63,667 bases of DNA, filler included, from Octopus bimaculoides (GCF_001194135.2; 4 parts of 4 records of this genome joined end to end with filler, not necessarily neighbours in it); one strand, 5' to 3'. Shown: positions 37,269 through 50,073, numbered from the whole stretch's first letter. Program-made: numbers and translations. Notes: generated from the letters alone by a model not told the origin.

Positions 37269-37745
37269 GGCATAGTTGTATGGTAAGAAGCTTGCTTCCC
37301 AACTACATGGTTCCAGGTTCAATGCCACTTCATTGGTACCTTGGGCAGGTGTCTTCTACTATAGTATCTTAGACTGACCAAAGCCTTGTGAATGGATTTG
37401 ATAGATGGAAACTGAAAGAAGCCAATCTCATATGTGTGTGTTTGTGTCTTTGTCTGTGTTTGTCCCCGACCACTGCTTGACAACTGGTGTTGGTGTGTTT
37501 ACGTCCCCTATTACTTCTTCGAAAAGTAACCCATAGAATATGAGCCGACGAAAATATGAAGTACTTAACTCATGCTGGTTTGTTTACATCTCTGTAACTT
37601 AGTGGTTCAGCAAGAAGAGACCAGTAGATGAAGCACTAGGCTTAAATAAGTACTAGGATTGATTTATTTGACTTAAACCCTTATAGCCAATGCCCCAGCA
37701 TGGCCGCAGTCTAATGAGTGACACAAGTAAGAGAATAAAAGAGTT
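37268..37745 (+). mobile_element. Family A SINE, older diverged copy
   Basis: Head, body and tail co-linear with other copies, with many substitutions. Confidence 0.8.
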
Positions 37746-38889
37746 TCCCAACCACATGGGTTTGGGTTTAGTTCCACTGGATGGTAGCTTGTTCTACTGG
37801 AGCCCTGGGCTAACCAAAATCTAGTGAGTGGCTGACGGAAACTGAAAGAATCTTGTGTGTCTGTGTGTGTTCTTATCTAGACATGGGTGTAAATGAGCAT
37901 CCCCGGTCATACTAGTGGGGTTGATTGGTTCCAGTCTTCCCCGATAAACATGTTAGGTCATGGGTGTGCGGATATTACCTTGCCTGGAAACAGATGAGGA
38001 TTGGCAACTGGAAATGGAAAGTCATCCAGTTGTAAAAAAATCTGCCTCAATACATCTGACCCATGCAAGCACAGAAAAATGGATGTTAAAACAACACTGA
38101 CCCCCCCTCCCCACACACACACACAAACAAATAAGCATGAATACTAATTGGTAGGTGACCCCTATCTGCAAATCTCTGCTTGTATTTGCATTTGTTCATA
38201 CATAAATATGTTACTGAGATACCATATCTAGTTTACTCTGTGCTATTATATATGTATATCTGTCTGTCAGTGTATTTTAATCCTACATAACTCTTTATCT
38301 ATCACTTTGTGTGTGTGTATTACAGATTATTTTGACCCTGGTAGCATTTAAACCGGCCATATCTGGCCCAAATATTCTACCTTGTTGAAACTAGCCGGAT
38401 CCAGCCTCTCACACCTACCCTTACAGTGTAGAAGTGTAGGGTAGAAATGAATTGCAATGTCACTGGTGCCAAGCTGTATCAGCCTTTGGTTTTCCCTTGA
38501 ACAACATCAGTGGCATGGAGAGGGGGGGTATGCATGGGTAACTGCTGGTCTTCGGAGGGGAACTTTCCAGATGCAATCCCATGGTCGTCCATGGCCGAAG
38601 GGGGGGGGGGTGTCTTTAATATAATATGTAGGCAGAAGTGCAATCACATGGTCATTTGTGACCAAAGGTGGGTGGGGGGTTACCTTTTACTCTATGAAAT
38701 AATGCAGGAGTAATTAAAATCAATATGAATGAATAAGCATTACATTTGACAGAGAAATGTAAATGCTTGGGAGTTAAATAGTTTGTCTCAAACTGAAAAG
38801 CTTCAGGCTGGTACTTGCCCCTATATCCAAATTGTATAAGCATTTGGTAGTGAAGCTCCAGCATGGGAGTTCTGGAGTTTTGGGAGAGT

Positions 38890-39275
38890 ATGGAGTTACT
38901 CCTTTGTCACCCCTGCTTAGTATAGAGTTACTCCTTACTTGGCCTTACACCCAGATCCACTCTGGCCCAGGATGGTAATACCTACCAAAGGCCCCTGTTA
39001 AGGGTTGAACATTGGGAAGTATGGAATTATTCCTTTGTCACCCCTGCTTAGTATAGAGTTACTCCTTGGCCTTACACCCAGATCCACTCTGGCCCAGGAT
39101 GGTAATACCTACCAAAGGCCCCTATTAAGCGTTGAACATTGGGATGTATGGAATTACTCCTTTGACACTCCACTCAGTATAGACTTACCCCATAGTTGGC
39201 TCTACTCCCAGATCCACTCTGGGATTACCAGGATGGTAATACCAACCAAGGACCCCACTTAAGGGTTCAGCAACA
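38890..39275. repeat. Three tandem ~125 bp units
   Basis: GTATGGA(G/A)TTA(C/T)TCCTTTG..AC.CC...AGTATAGA.TTAC.CC...CCCAGATCCACTCTGG...AGGATGGTAATACC.ACCAA.GG.CCC repeated three times. Confidence 0.9.
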
Positions 39276-39559
39276 GAAGATAGTGCTGTGGCTGGGATAT
39301 GTAGAACTCTGAAAATGGCTGGCTCCCAGATGTGTATTCCACACCAATGTGTGGACATGCTTTGATTTCATGTGAGCCCATTACTCTACCTGAATTTTAA
39401 TTAAGCATTGTGACTTGAGGTTAAGTTCAGGAGAACAGGACACTAGCAGAGTAAAGAGTAAATGAAATGCCAGAGGGCAACAGGAAACTATTGCTGTATC
39501 TTTCCAGTGAAGCATCATGTTTCTGCAAAATTTGATCTGGCACCCATGCCAACGTCTTC

Positions 39560-39995
39560 ATTGAACACTAAACTCGGCTTGCGAAGACCTGTTGGGGCAA
39601 GCGAAATCGTGATGGCACCAGTACCAGTGACTCACTAAGAGCACTGTCCGAGCGTTTTTGTTGCCATCTGAGCGTGACCGTTACCAACGTCACCTTTCTG
39701 GCACGTGAAAAGACATTCGAGCAAGTTCGTTGCCAGTGCCGCTGGACTGGCTCCTGTGCAGGTGGCACATAAAATACACCATTTTGAGCATGGCCGTTGT
39801 CAGTACCCGCCTGACTGGCACGTAAAAGCACCCACTACACTCTCAGAGTGGTTGGCATTAGGAAGGGCGTCCAGCTGTAGAAACTCTGCCAGATCAGATT
39901 GGAGCCTGGTGTAGCCATCTGGTTTCACCAGTCCTCAGTCAAATCGTCCAACCCATGCTAGCATGGAAAGCGGACGTTAAACGATGATGATGATA
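39560..39995 (+). mobile_element. Family C retroposon, longest 5' extent in the window
   Basis: 5' AACTCGGCTTGCGAAGACCTGTTGGGGCAAGCGAAATCG, internal repeat units, 3' module and (GAT)n. Confidence 0.9.
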
Positions 39996-40398
39996 TGATG
40001 AATGTCCCTTGTCATGAGTTCCTGTCAGTATGACACAGAATGTGTGTGTGTGTGGCCCAGGTCTCCGTTAGGTACAGCAATGAGTGTTTCAGTTCATGAA
40101 GTGAACGGAACAACTGACCGTAGTACTTATTAAGCCTGGTACTTATTCTATTGGTCTCTTTTTGCTGAATTGCTAAGTTCTGGGGATACAAAGAAACCAG
40201 CATCGGCTGTCAAGCTTTTGTAGGAGAGAAATATGAAGCCACACAGAAATACACGCACATGTGTGTGTGTGTGTGTGTACATGTGTATATATATATACAC
40301 ACACATATATATATATTTACAGGTGTGTGTGTGTATATATATGTCTGTATGTATATAATGTGTATCTATCTATCTATCTATCTATCTACCTCTCTCTC

Positions 40399-40433
<35 letters not shown>

Positions 40434-40434
40434 C

Positions 40435-40720
40435 AAATAATAAATGAGTATATGCATATATATGTACATGTATGTACATACCTACATCTACATGTATATA
40501 TAATTGCATATCTGGGTACAGAACGTTGCAAAAAAAAAACATGGACAAAATGGTAAACAGAATACAGAAAACACACAGGCCACATAGAGAACATTTCCTT
40601 CATCAGCTGCCACCATTCTAAAACTAAGCATTTTGAAGAGTTAGGGCAGGACGCATCATTAGAATTGCTCTTCCCACAGACTACATTTAAATTTGTACCA
40701 TGGAGGAATGTAGTGGTGGA
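40435..40720 (+). mobile_element. Dispersed AT-rich repeat, possibly a Penelope-like element remnant
   Basis: AATAATAAATGAGTATATGCATATA...GGTACAG(G/A)ACGTTGCAAA...AGA(G/A)TACAGAAAACAC is also at 33185-33330; related GGGTACAGGA(C/T)GTCA segments at about 36480-36540 (-), 37075-37200 and 53425-53500. Class assignment is inference. Confidence 0.45.
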
Positions 40721-41149
40721 CAGAAAACAAGACATATATATGTATACACACACACACACATGATGGGATTCCATACAGTTTGCATCTCTCATTCACTCAC
40801 AATGCATTGGTCAGCTTGGGGCTATAGTAGAAGGCACTACTTGCCTAAGGTGCCTTGCAGTGGGACTGGGCTGGAGTTTGGTTTGTGTTTTGTGTTGTGT
40901 TCTTTAGATCCAGATCAATTCTAATCCAATACACCTCTGATCAAAGATGTTCCATATGTGAGCCTTTGACTGTTTATTCTGAAATAAGACTACATTATTT
41001 TGAATGTGGCTATTATCTAAGACACACACAGTCTTTCTCATACATACATGCACACACGTGCACAGTCTATACATATGTTTGTACATAAAAACACTTATAT
41101 ATACATATGTGTGTGTGTGTGTGTATATGAGTTCAACAAGCATACATTG

Positions 41150-41640
41150 ATTCTAAGTCTGTTTGTCTGTCTCTCTATTTGTTTGTCTGACTATTTGTTT
41201 GTCTGTCTATTTGTCTGTCTGTCTATTTGTCTCTCTGTGTATTTGTCTATCTGTCTATTTATTTGTCTGTCTATCTGTCTATTTGTCTATCTGTCTATCT
41301 GTCTATTTGTCTATCTGTCTATTTGTCTATCTGTCTATTTGTTTATCTGTCTATGTCTATCTGTCTATTTGTCTATCTGACTATTTGTCTGTCTGTCTAT
41401 TTGTCTATCTGACTATTTGTTTGTCTGTCTATGTGTCTATCTGTCTGTCTGTCTATTTGTCTGTCTGTCTGTCTGTCTATTTGTCTATCTGTCTATTTGT
41501 CTATCTGTCTATTTGTCTATCTGACTATTTGTCTGTCTGTCTATTTGTCTGTCTGTCTGTCTAGTTGTCTGTCTGTCTGTCAGTTTGTCTCTATTTGCCT
41601 GTCTGTCTGTCTGTCTCTATTTGTCTGTCTATCTCTCTGT

Positions 41641-41674
<34 letters not shown>

Positions 41675-41684
41675 CTATCTATCC

Positions 41685-41717
<33 letters not shown>
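41150..41717 (+). repeat. (TCTA/TCTG/TTTG)n compound microsatellite
   Basis: Direct reading. Confidence 0.95.
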
Positions 41718-42568
41718 NNNNNNNNNNNNNNNNNNNNNNNNNNNNNNNNNNNNNNNNNNNNNNNNNNNNNNNNNNNNNNNNNNNNNNNNNNNNNNNNNNN
41801 NNNNNNNNNNNNNNNNNNNNNNNNNNNNNNNNNNNNNNNNNNNNNNNNNNNNNNNNNNNNNNNNNNNNNNNNNNNNNNNNNNNNNNNNNNNNNNNNNNNN
41901 NNNNNNNNNNNNNNNNNNNNNNNNNNNNNNNNNNNNNNNNNNNNNNNNNNNNNNNNNNNNNNNNNNNNNNNNNNNNNNNNNNNNNNNNNNNNNNNNNNNN
42001 NNNNNNNNNNNNNNNNNNNNNNNNNNNNNNNNNNNNNNNNNNNNNNNNNNNNNNNNNNNNNNNNNNNNNNNNNNNNNNNNNNNNNNNNNNNNNNNNNNNN
42101 GGATACCGGAGCGGGTGGGTGGGTGTTGGCTTGTGGTCTGCAGTGTGGTGCGATGACTAGACAAACGTTTGAGAGGGAGGGAGCGTGAAGGTTGGATGTA
42201 CTGTGATGTAGGGGCAGGCAGTGTGGGCTGGATAGGATGTGTGATGGGGTTTAGGGGTGTGTGCTGGGGTGGGAGTGTAATGACGCATAACTTCCTATTT
42301 TCTTTCATGCTCCCTGTCTTTGTTCAGATTCATATCACACCTCATGCATGCATGTGTGAACTGTGGCGTGCAGACATGCATACACACACACACGCACTTG
42401 TACATGGAACACATATATACATTACATTCCAAGATATATGTACCCACATGCATGCTTAGATGTGCAGATGCACATACTAGGGTATGCGTAGATGTGCAGG
42501 TACACATGCACACTTGTACATGTCCCAGCATGACCGCAGCCCTTGGGCTGACACATAGAATAAAAGGT

Positions 42569-42615
<47 letters not shown>

Positions 42616-43420
42616 CATAGATGTACATACACCAATACACACGTACATGCATATACACATATGTTTATATATATAAACACATATATAGATGTGTGTGTGT
42701 GTATATATATAGGTATATATATATATGTGTGTGTGTAAATATATATNNNNNNNNNNNNNNNNNNNNNNNNNNNNNNNNNNNNNNNNNNNNNNNNNNNNNN
42801 NNNNNNNNNNNNNNNNNNNNNNNNNNNNNNNNNNNNNNNNNNNNNNNNNNNNNNNNNNNNNNNNNNNNNNNNNNNNNNNNNNNNNNNNNNNNNNNNNNNN
42901 NNNNNNNNNNNNNNNNNNNNNNNNNNNNNNNNNNNNNNNNNNNNNNNNNNNNNNNNNNNNNNNNNNNNNNNNNNNNNNNNNNNNNNNNNNNNNNNNNNNN
43001 NNNNNNNNNNNNNNNNNNNNNNNNNNNNNNNNNNNNNNNNNNNNNNNNNNNNNNNNNNNNNNNNNNNNNNNNNNNNNNNNNNNNNNNNNNNNNNNNNNNN
43101 NNNNNNNNNNNNNNNNNNNNNNNNNNNNNNNNNNNNNNNNNNNNNNNNNNNNNNNNNNNNNNNNNNNNNNNNNNNNNNNNNNNNNNNNNNNNNNNNNNNN
43201 NNNNNNNNNNNNNNNNNNNNNNNNNNNNNNNNNNNNNNNNNNNNNNNNNNNNNNNNNNNNNNNNNNNNNNNNNNNNNNNNNNNNNNNNNNNNNNNNNNNN
43301 NNNNNNNNNNNNNNNNNNNNNNNNNNNNNNNNNNNNNNNNNNNNNNNNNNNNNNNNNNNNNNNNNNNNNNNNNNNNNNNNNNNNNNNNNNNNNNNNNNNN
43401 NNNNNNNNNNTATATATATC

Positions 43421-43455
<35 letters not shown>

Positions 43456-43456
43456 C

Positions 43457-43488
<32 letters not shown>

Positions 43489-43615
43489 CAGGGTGTCCTC
43501 AAGGTCTAGGTACATTGAGTAAATAAAATCATAACATAAACAATTAAACATAAGAAATGATAATTTCTTGAAGTATGTGTTAATCCCCATGTACCCAGAC
43601 TTTGTGGACACCCTG
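43489..43615. mobile_element. 127-bp Tc1/mariner-type MITE with TA TSD
   Basis: TA|CAGGGTGTCCTCAAGGTCTAGGTACAT ... ATGTACCCAGACTTTGTGGACACCCTG|TA. Confidence 0.9.
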
Positions 43616-44371
43616 TATGTATGTATGTATGAATGATCCCTAAGGAGTCTTATTTAGACTTTTTTGCGGTGAAATCTCCTGCTATATTGGTAACGATTGC
43701 ATAGTTTTCTATGAAAAATTATATATATATGTGTGTGTGTGTGCATGTGTGTGTGTTTAGATATGTGGCTGTGTGGTAAGAGGCCTGCTTTCCAACCACA
43801 TGGTTCCAGATTCAGTCCCACTGCATGGCACCTTGGGTAAGTGTCTTCTTGTGTAGCCTTGGGCCAAACAAATCATCTGAGTGGATTCAGTAGATGGAAA
43901 CTGAAAGAAGCTCGTCATATGTGTGTGTCTTATTAATACTTTGCATGTACCATGTCCTCATGTTTATTCCTCTTGTCTTTTTTCTTCGTTTTTTTTTTTG
44001 TGTTAATTGCCCCCTTTATTCGACTATATTCCTCAGTCATTGCACTGTGATCACCATAAGCTTTAAGTTTATATGTAAATACCATTATTATTATTTACAG
44101 AATTGTAAAAACGGTGCTATATAAAAAAACCATTTGCACTGAAAGCATATATATATATGTATGTGTGTGTGTGTGTATGTGTTTGTTCCCCATCACTGCT
44201 TGACCACTGGTGTTGGTGTGTTTATATCCCCCCTAACTTAGTGGTTCAGCAAAAGACTGATAGAATAAGTACAGGGCTTTAAAAAATAAGTCCTGGGGTT
44301 AACTTGTTTGACTAAAAAACCCTCAAAGTGGTACTCCAGCATGGCTGCTGTCAAATACTGAAACAACTGAA

Positions 44372-44530
44372 GGAATAGTGTGGTAAGTAGCTTGCTTACC
44401 AACCACATGGTTCCGGGTTCAGTCCCACTGCGTGGGACCTTGGGCAAGTGTCTTCTACTATAGCCTCAGGCCGACCAAAGCCTTGTGAGTGGATTTGGTA
44501 GACGGAAACTGAAAGAAGCTCGTCGTATAT
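44372..44530 (+). mobile_element. Family A SINE 5' half (rest in gap)
   Basis: GTGTGGTAAGTAGCTTGCTTACCAACCACATGGTTCCGGGTTCAGTCCC...GAAAGAAGCTCGTCG(TA)n. Confidence 0.9.
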
Positions 44531-45150
44531 ATATATATATATATATATATATATNNNNNNNNNNNNNNNNNNNNNNNNNNNNNNNNNNNNNNNNNNNNNN
44601 NNNNNNNNNNNNNNNNNNNNNNNNNNNNNNNNNNNNNNNNNNNNNNNNNNNNNNNNNNNNNNNNNNNNNNNNNNNNNNNNNNNNNNNNNNNNNNNNNNNN
44701 NNNNNNNNNNNNNNNNNNNNNNNNNNNNNNNNNNNNNNNNNNNNNNNNNNNNNNNNNNNNNNNNNNNNNNNNNNNNNNNNNNNNNNNNNNNNNNNNNNNN
44801 NNNNNNNNNNNNNNNNNNNNNNNNNNNNNNNNNNNNNNNNNNNNNNNNNNNNNNNNNNNNNNNNNNNNNNNNNNNNNNNNNNNNNNNNNNNNNNNNNNNN
44901 NNNNNNNNNNNNNNNNNNNNNNNNNNNNNNNNNNNNNNNNNNNNNNNNNNNNNNNNNNNNNNNNNNNNNNNNNNNNNNNNNNNNNNNNNNNNNNNNNNNN
45001 NNNNNNNNNNNNNNNNNNNNNNNNNNNNNNNNNNNNNNNNNNNNNNNNNNNNNNNNNNNNNNNNNNNNNNNNNNNNNNNNNNNNNNNNNNNNNNNNNNNN
45101 NNNNNNNNNNNNNNNNNNNNNNNNNNNNNNNNNNNNNNNNNNNNNNNNNN

Positions 45151-45546
45151 TGTTTCAGTCATTTGACTGTGGCCATGCTGGAGCACCGCCTTTAGTCAAG
45201 CAAATCGACCCCAGAACTTATTCTTTGTAAGCCTAGTACTTATTCTATTGGTCTCTTTTGCCGAACCGCTAAGTTATGGGGACATAAACACACCAGCATC
45301 GGTTGTCAAGCAATGCTAGGGGGGCAAACACAGACACGCAGACATATACACACACATATACATATATATATATATACATATATACGACGGGCTTCTTTCA
45401 GTTTCCGTCTACCAAATCCACTCACAAGGCTTTGGTCGGCCCGAGTCTATAGTAGAAGACACTTGTCCAAGGTGCCACGCAGTGGGACTGAACCCGGAAC
45501 CATGTGGTTGGTAAGCAAGCTACTTACCACATAGCCACTCCTGCGC
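45151..45546 (-). mobile_element. Family A SINE, full length
   Basis: Co-linear with 15630-16125. Confidence 0.9.
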
Positions 45547-45867
45547 GTATATATATAGGGTCTCCACCAGAATAAAATTGTAATCAAAGGGGTCCATAGA
45601 TAAAAGATGGTTGAGAACCATAGATGGTAATGTGATGTTCATACTGTGGCCTAGAATGGCAGTGTAGGTGACAGTATGTTGTAACCACAACAGTATATGT
45701 AGAAGTATGTAGTGGTGTTAACTAACATTTGGTGGTTGTGTAGGTGGTGATGGTGGCAATGGTGGTGNNNNNNNNNNNNNNNNNNNNNNNNNNNNNNNNN
45801 NNNNNNNNNNNTTAATTAATTAANNNNNNNNNNNNNNNNNNNNNNNNNNNNNNNNNNNNNNNNNNNN

Positions 45868-45913
<46 letters not shown>

Positions 45914-47174
45914 GATAGGCTTCCACCCAGTTGCCATCTACCAGATTCACTCACAAGGCATCGGTCAGCCTGGATTTATAGCTGTTGAAGACACTTGATC
46001 AAAATGCCATACAGTGGGCCTGAACCCGAAACCATGCGGTCGTTAAGTGAGCTTCTTAACCATAATGCTGAATTTTCTAAAAGCAAAACTATATTTTCAT
46101 TAAAATACTATACACTGGGGCTATGTGTGTCTTTTGGAAGGATAGTCATGTTTCGGTTTACGAGTTACTGACGCAGTTTACGGTGAATAATTCAGTTAAA
46201 AAGAGCATAGCATTTCTGTAGAATATCAGACAGTCAGTTAACACCATCGCCTGGTCCTTCAAGGACCGTGCTTAGGTAGCTTTAGTATAGACCAATCTGC
46301 TGGCACCAGGTTTAACACCAACACTCCTTTTCCTTGAAAATTTGTTTGGAAAGAGCTGGGTGACAGAAGGAGGTGAATCATCGACGCCAGACCAGAATTT
46401 GAACTCATAATGTTAAATAAATGGGCGCAAATAGGATATTGTAACGAATTTTACCAAAATGACATATGTAAATATTAAATAAGGAAAATCGGTTGAGTTT
46501 TGGAACAGATGCTCCGCACATCATTGGAAAAGAAAGGAGCCAGATCTATTCATGTACCATCATCAGTAGTGGTAATGTTTCATACAACAAATTTCTACTC
46601 TGAAATTTTTTTTCCAAAAATAAATTTTTGTTAACTTTTGTTCACCCCATCTCCCTTCTTTAACCTTTTCCTTCCCTATCAGGTGACATCCAATCTATTT
46701 TGTGTGTTCCGATAGAAAAGAGTCGGTAATTATATAATGAGCCCCAAACTAATTCACCGAATGTGTAAGTTTTCAATATCGTTGATTGTTATTCGAAAAC
46801 TAAGAAAAGGTGGGGGTAGGGGTTGCCCCACCTTTTTTTTGCCCGTACTTTTTCCAGTTTGGAACTTCTTTTGAAAATGTTTTCAATGGTTTCAGTTTTA
46901 TGGTCTTTGTATCTGAAATTATGATTCTTCGAAAATTTACATAATTTTATTCTTTTAATTTTCAGGAAAACCCCGAAACTGAAAAAAAAAAGAACTGAAA
47001 AGCACCCTAACCTGTCGCTCCAAAATGCAAAATCGTAATGGACAATGCTTAAAACATACACCTCCAAAGAAAATATAGTTTCAGATACTCGAGATAATTT
47101 CCGACGCTATTGTATAGAAACGCTTCGAAATTGAAACTCCTCCGGAGAAACTAGAAATTTTTTGAAGTACTTAC

Positions 47175-47319
47175 CCCTTGATGTTTGGTATGAAGGTTTA
47201 TCAATGGATGTTACAGACGTCGCAAAGGTAACGGTGGTGAATAGACATAGTAAAGCCAGGATTTGTAGAAACATTAGGATCCTAAAGCCTACAAGGCACT
47301 GAATTTTGGTAAACATCAT
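47175..47319 (-). CDS. First coding exon of a secreted or membrane protein (signal peptide)
   Basis: AAAATGATG start; MMFTKIQCLVGFRILMFLQILALLCLFTTVTFA-TSVTSIDKPSYQTSR (basic n-region, long hydrophobic h-region, T-F-A cleavage-like site); ends in a consensus donor GG|GTAAGT at 47175/47174, phase 1. Possible upstream acceptor TTTGTCCTTATTACGCTCATCACCCAG| with the exon starting at 47386. Confidence 0.65.
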
Positions 47320-48668
47320 TTTCACACAACACACACTTGTGCAAATAAGTAGTTAAATTTCGGCCGATAATTAAGAATAACAAACACTGGGTGATGAGCG
47401 TAATAAGGACAAATATTTGCTTTCCAATATATAAATATTGTGTGTATTAATTAGTTTTTGTAAATTATAGAACAAAATGGGTTCTTTTTTTTAATATGTT
47501 TTAAAGTTACGTGTATAAATTGACTTATCTATATTTTTCGATGTAACTTCAATTATCTGCGTGTGTGTGCGTGTTCTGTGTGATTAATAGTGGCTTACAA
47601 ACCACGTTTTAATAAGTTATTTTCCAACTAATTAAGCCTCGGTGTGCAAGATTAGTTATTTTTAAACTGATGTATTTATTAATAAGTGTGTATATATATA
47701 CAATGACAGAAAGCCAAAGATTATTTTCTCTCCACTTATACACATTGGTTACATTGCTTATATAATTCTATATACAAGTGTATATAAGTGAATATGTATA
47801 TTATTGTTTAGAAATGTATAGAATATACAAATATATAACAGTGTAGATGCAATTAACTTAATCCGACTTCTTTCTGTACAAGATAACATAAACCCGGAAT
47901 TTTTCGCTCGTCCCTCTTTAGAAATAAGTAACAAGTGGCTGGTATTCTCCGTTTGTAACTTCACAAATAAAAGTGTAAGGCGGGTTGCATTGTATTGTGG
48001 TGGTGTTTATAACTCCAGTTGTACCTTTCACAGGTACAGCTGATAGAAAGAAGTTCGCAGGTAAAGTGCTGTTTATGATCTACTCCAACAGATGTAAGTT
48101 TTCCCTGAAGCCTGCCGATTATTAGAAATCCGCTAACGAAGCAAGCTCTTCCAACAAACTGAGATAGATAGATAGATAGATATGGATATAAACATACACA
48201 TTTCAAACTGACAGATATGTGTGTGTGTGTGTACATATACACATCAATTCTCCATTCATTCGTTTAACTATCAAATCATCTACACAACGATTATCTCTCT
48301 CTCTCTTTATCTCTCACGTCCCACTAACCCTCACGCCCTATCTAGCTATCTACCTTGTTACTCTCTTTCACTCTATTGAAAACTATAAATTACTTTGAAT
48401 AAAATGATTTTAGATATTGTGTGCAGCAGCTGTTCTCGCTTTCTCTTCTTTTGTTTTATTTATTCTGTTCTTGTATTACTTCACCTTTCTTTCGCTTATA
48501 TATATATATNNNNNNNNNNCTATCTACCTTGTTACTCTCTTTCACTCTATTGAAAACTATAAATTACTTTGAATAAAATGATTTTAGATATTGTGTGCAG
48601 CAGCTGTTCTCGCTTTCTCTTCTTTTGTTTTATTTATTCTGTTCTTGTATTACTTCACCTTTCTTTCG

Positions 48669-48715
<47 letters not shown>

Positions 48716-49121
48716 GCACACATACATATATTCTTTTACTTGTTTCTGTCATTTGACTGTGGCCATGTTGGAGCACCGCCTTTAGTCGAAAAAATCAACC
48801 CCAGGACTTATTGTCTGTAAGCCTAACACTTATTCTATCGGGTTTTTTGCCGAACTGCTAAGTTACGGGAACGTAAACACACCAACATCGGTTGCGGGAC
48901 GAACACAAATACTATATATATATACACACACACACACGTACACATACACTCGCTCGTGTGTACCCTGCTCTGACCTTGCTTGGCAGCGGTTGTCCTGCTG
49001 GTGTGCTGTTGCTTTGGTTATTATTATTGGTGATAGTCATAATGATGATGATGATGATGATGATGATAATGAAATGTAATACGATAATGAGTAAATAAAG
49101 GTTAAAACGTGTGTGTGCCTG

Positions 49122-49156
<35 letters not shown>

Positions 49157-49797
49157 GAATTTAAGTCCTCCGGCTGATATTAAAAAGTTCAGAAGTAAAT
49201 CTTTTTGTTTGTTTTTTTTTAAGCACTAGAAAACTTCGGCCGAACATAAATGTTTAGCGCCTGTGTTTTATTTATTTATTATTATTTTTTTTTGTATGTG
49301 TTCAATATTATGGCTAAACCCTGCTGTGCTTCCGTGTAGTTCATGACAGGGTAAGGCATAATTTATTTGTTCATGTGTAAATAGATCCGTTGGAAAAAGA
49401 CACCTGTTCTTTACCAATAACATTTGAGATCTATCGATTGTCATTGCCAATGTTAGTTGAACTACAAGTTATTGTTTAAAGTTGAATGGAGACGCAATGT
49501 TGTTAGAAGGTCTTAGATTAATTCTTGGCATCAGTGGCATATATAATGATCAACTTATTACAAAATCACCTTCAATCATAGATTCATGTTAAATGGATTA
49601 TTGGACTTTTTTTTGTCCGTTCGGTTTATTGAAATTTCGCAATCGTATTACAACGCATTCATTTTTAATTTTCGTTTTTTGTTTTTTATAGATCAAAATA
49701 TGGATGAAACTTTCTATCAAAGTTACAGCTGTTTCGAACTCCATTGGATAATTGTAGAAATTACCTGCATCATCGAAAGAATCAGTACGTTTTCAAA

Positions 49798-49956
49798 TGA
49801 CCTGTGGTTAAAAAACAACTCATTGTTTATCAGTGACGATGATTCAAGTTAATGCTGCGTGCTTAGTTATGTTGTAACTAATGAGCAACTAGCTGTTGAC
49901 TTTTGACCTTTTCAATTACTCGTTCAGGTCAGGTCATAGGTCCTTGGAGGAGGTCA
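49798..49956. promoter_or_regulatory. Nuclear-receptor half-site cluster
   Basis: Perfect AGGTCA/TGACCT at 49798, 49904, 49926, 49931 and 49951; two DR1-like pairs (TGACTT-T-TGACCT, AGGTCA-T-AGGTCC); NBRE-like TGACCTTT at 49904-49911. Confidence 0.4.
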
Positions 49957-50030
49957 ACATATTTCTATATGTTATGATTCATTCTTTCATACTTTTGTGC
50001 ACTTATACAGACACGTTTGTGTTTGCGTGC

Positions 50031-50073
<43 letters not shown>

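Noticed and set aside
36528-37372. 250-aa YI-rich ORFs
   Set aside because: Translations of (TA)n/(CATATA)n microsatellite.
45812-45823. TTAATTAATTAA palindromes inside gaps (three occurrences)
   Set aside because: Synthetic six-frame-stop scaffolding spacer, not biological sequence.
48350-48690. Apparent 160-bp tandem duplication around a 10-N gap
   Set aside because: Same unmerged-overlap artefact.
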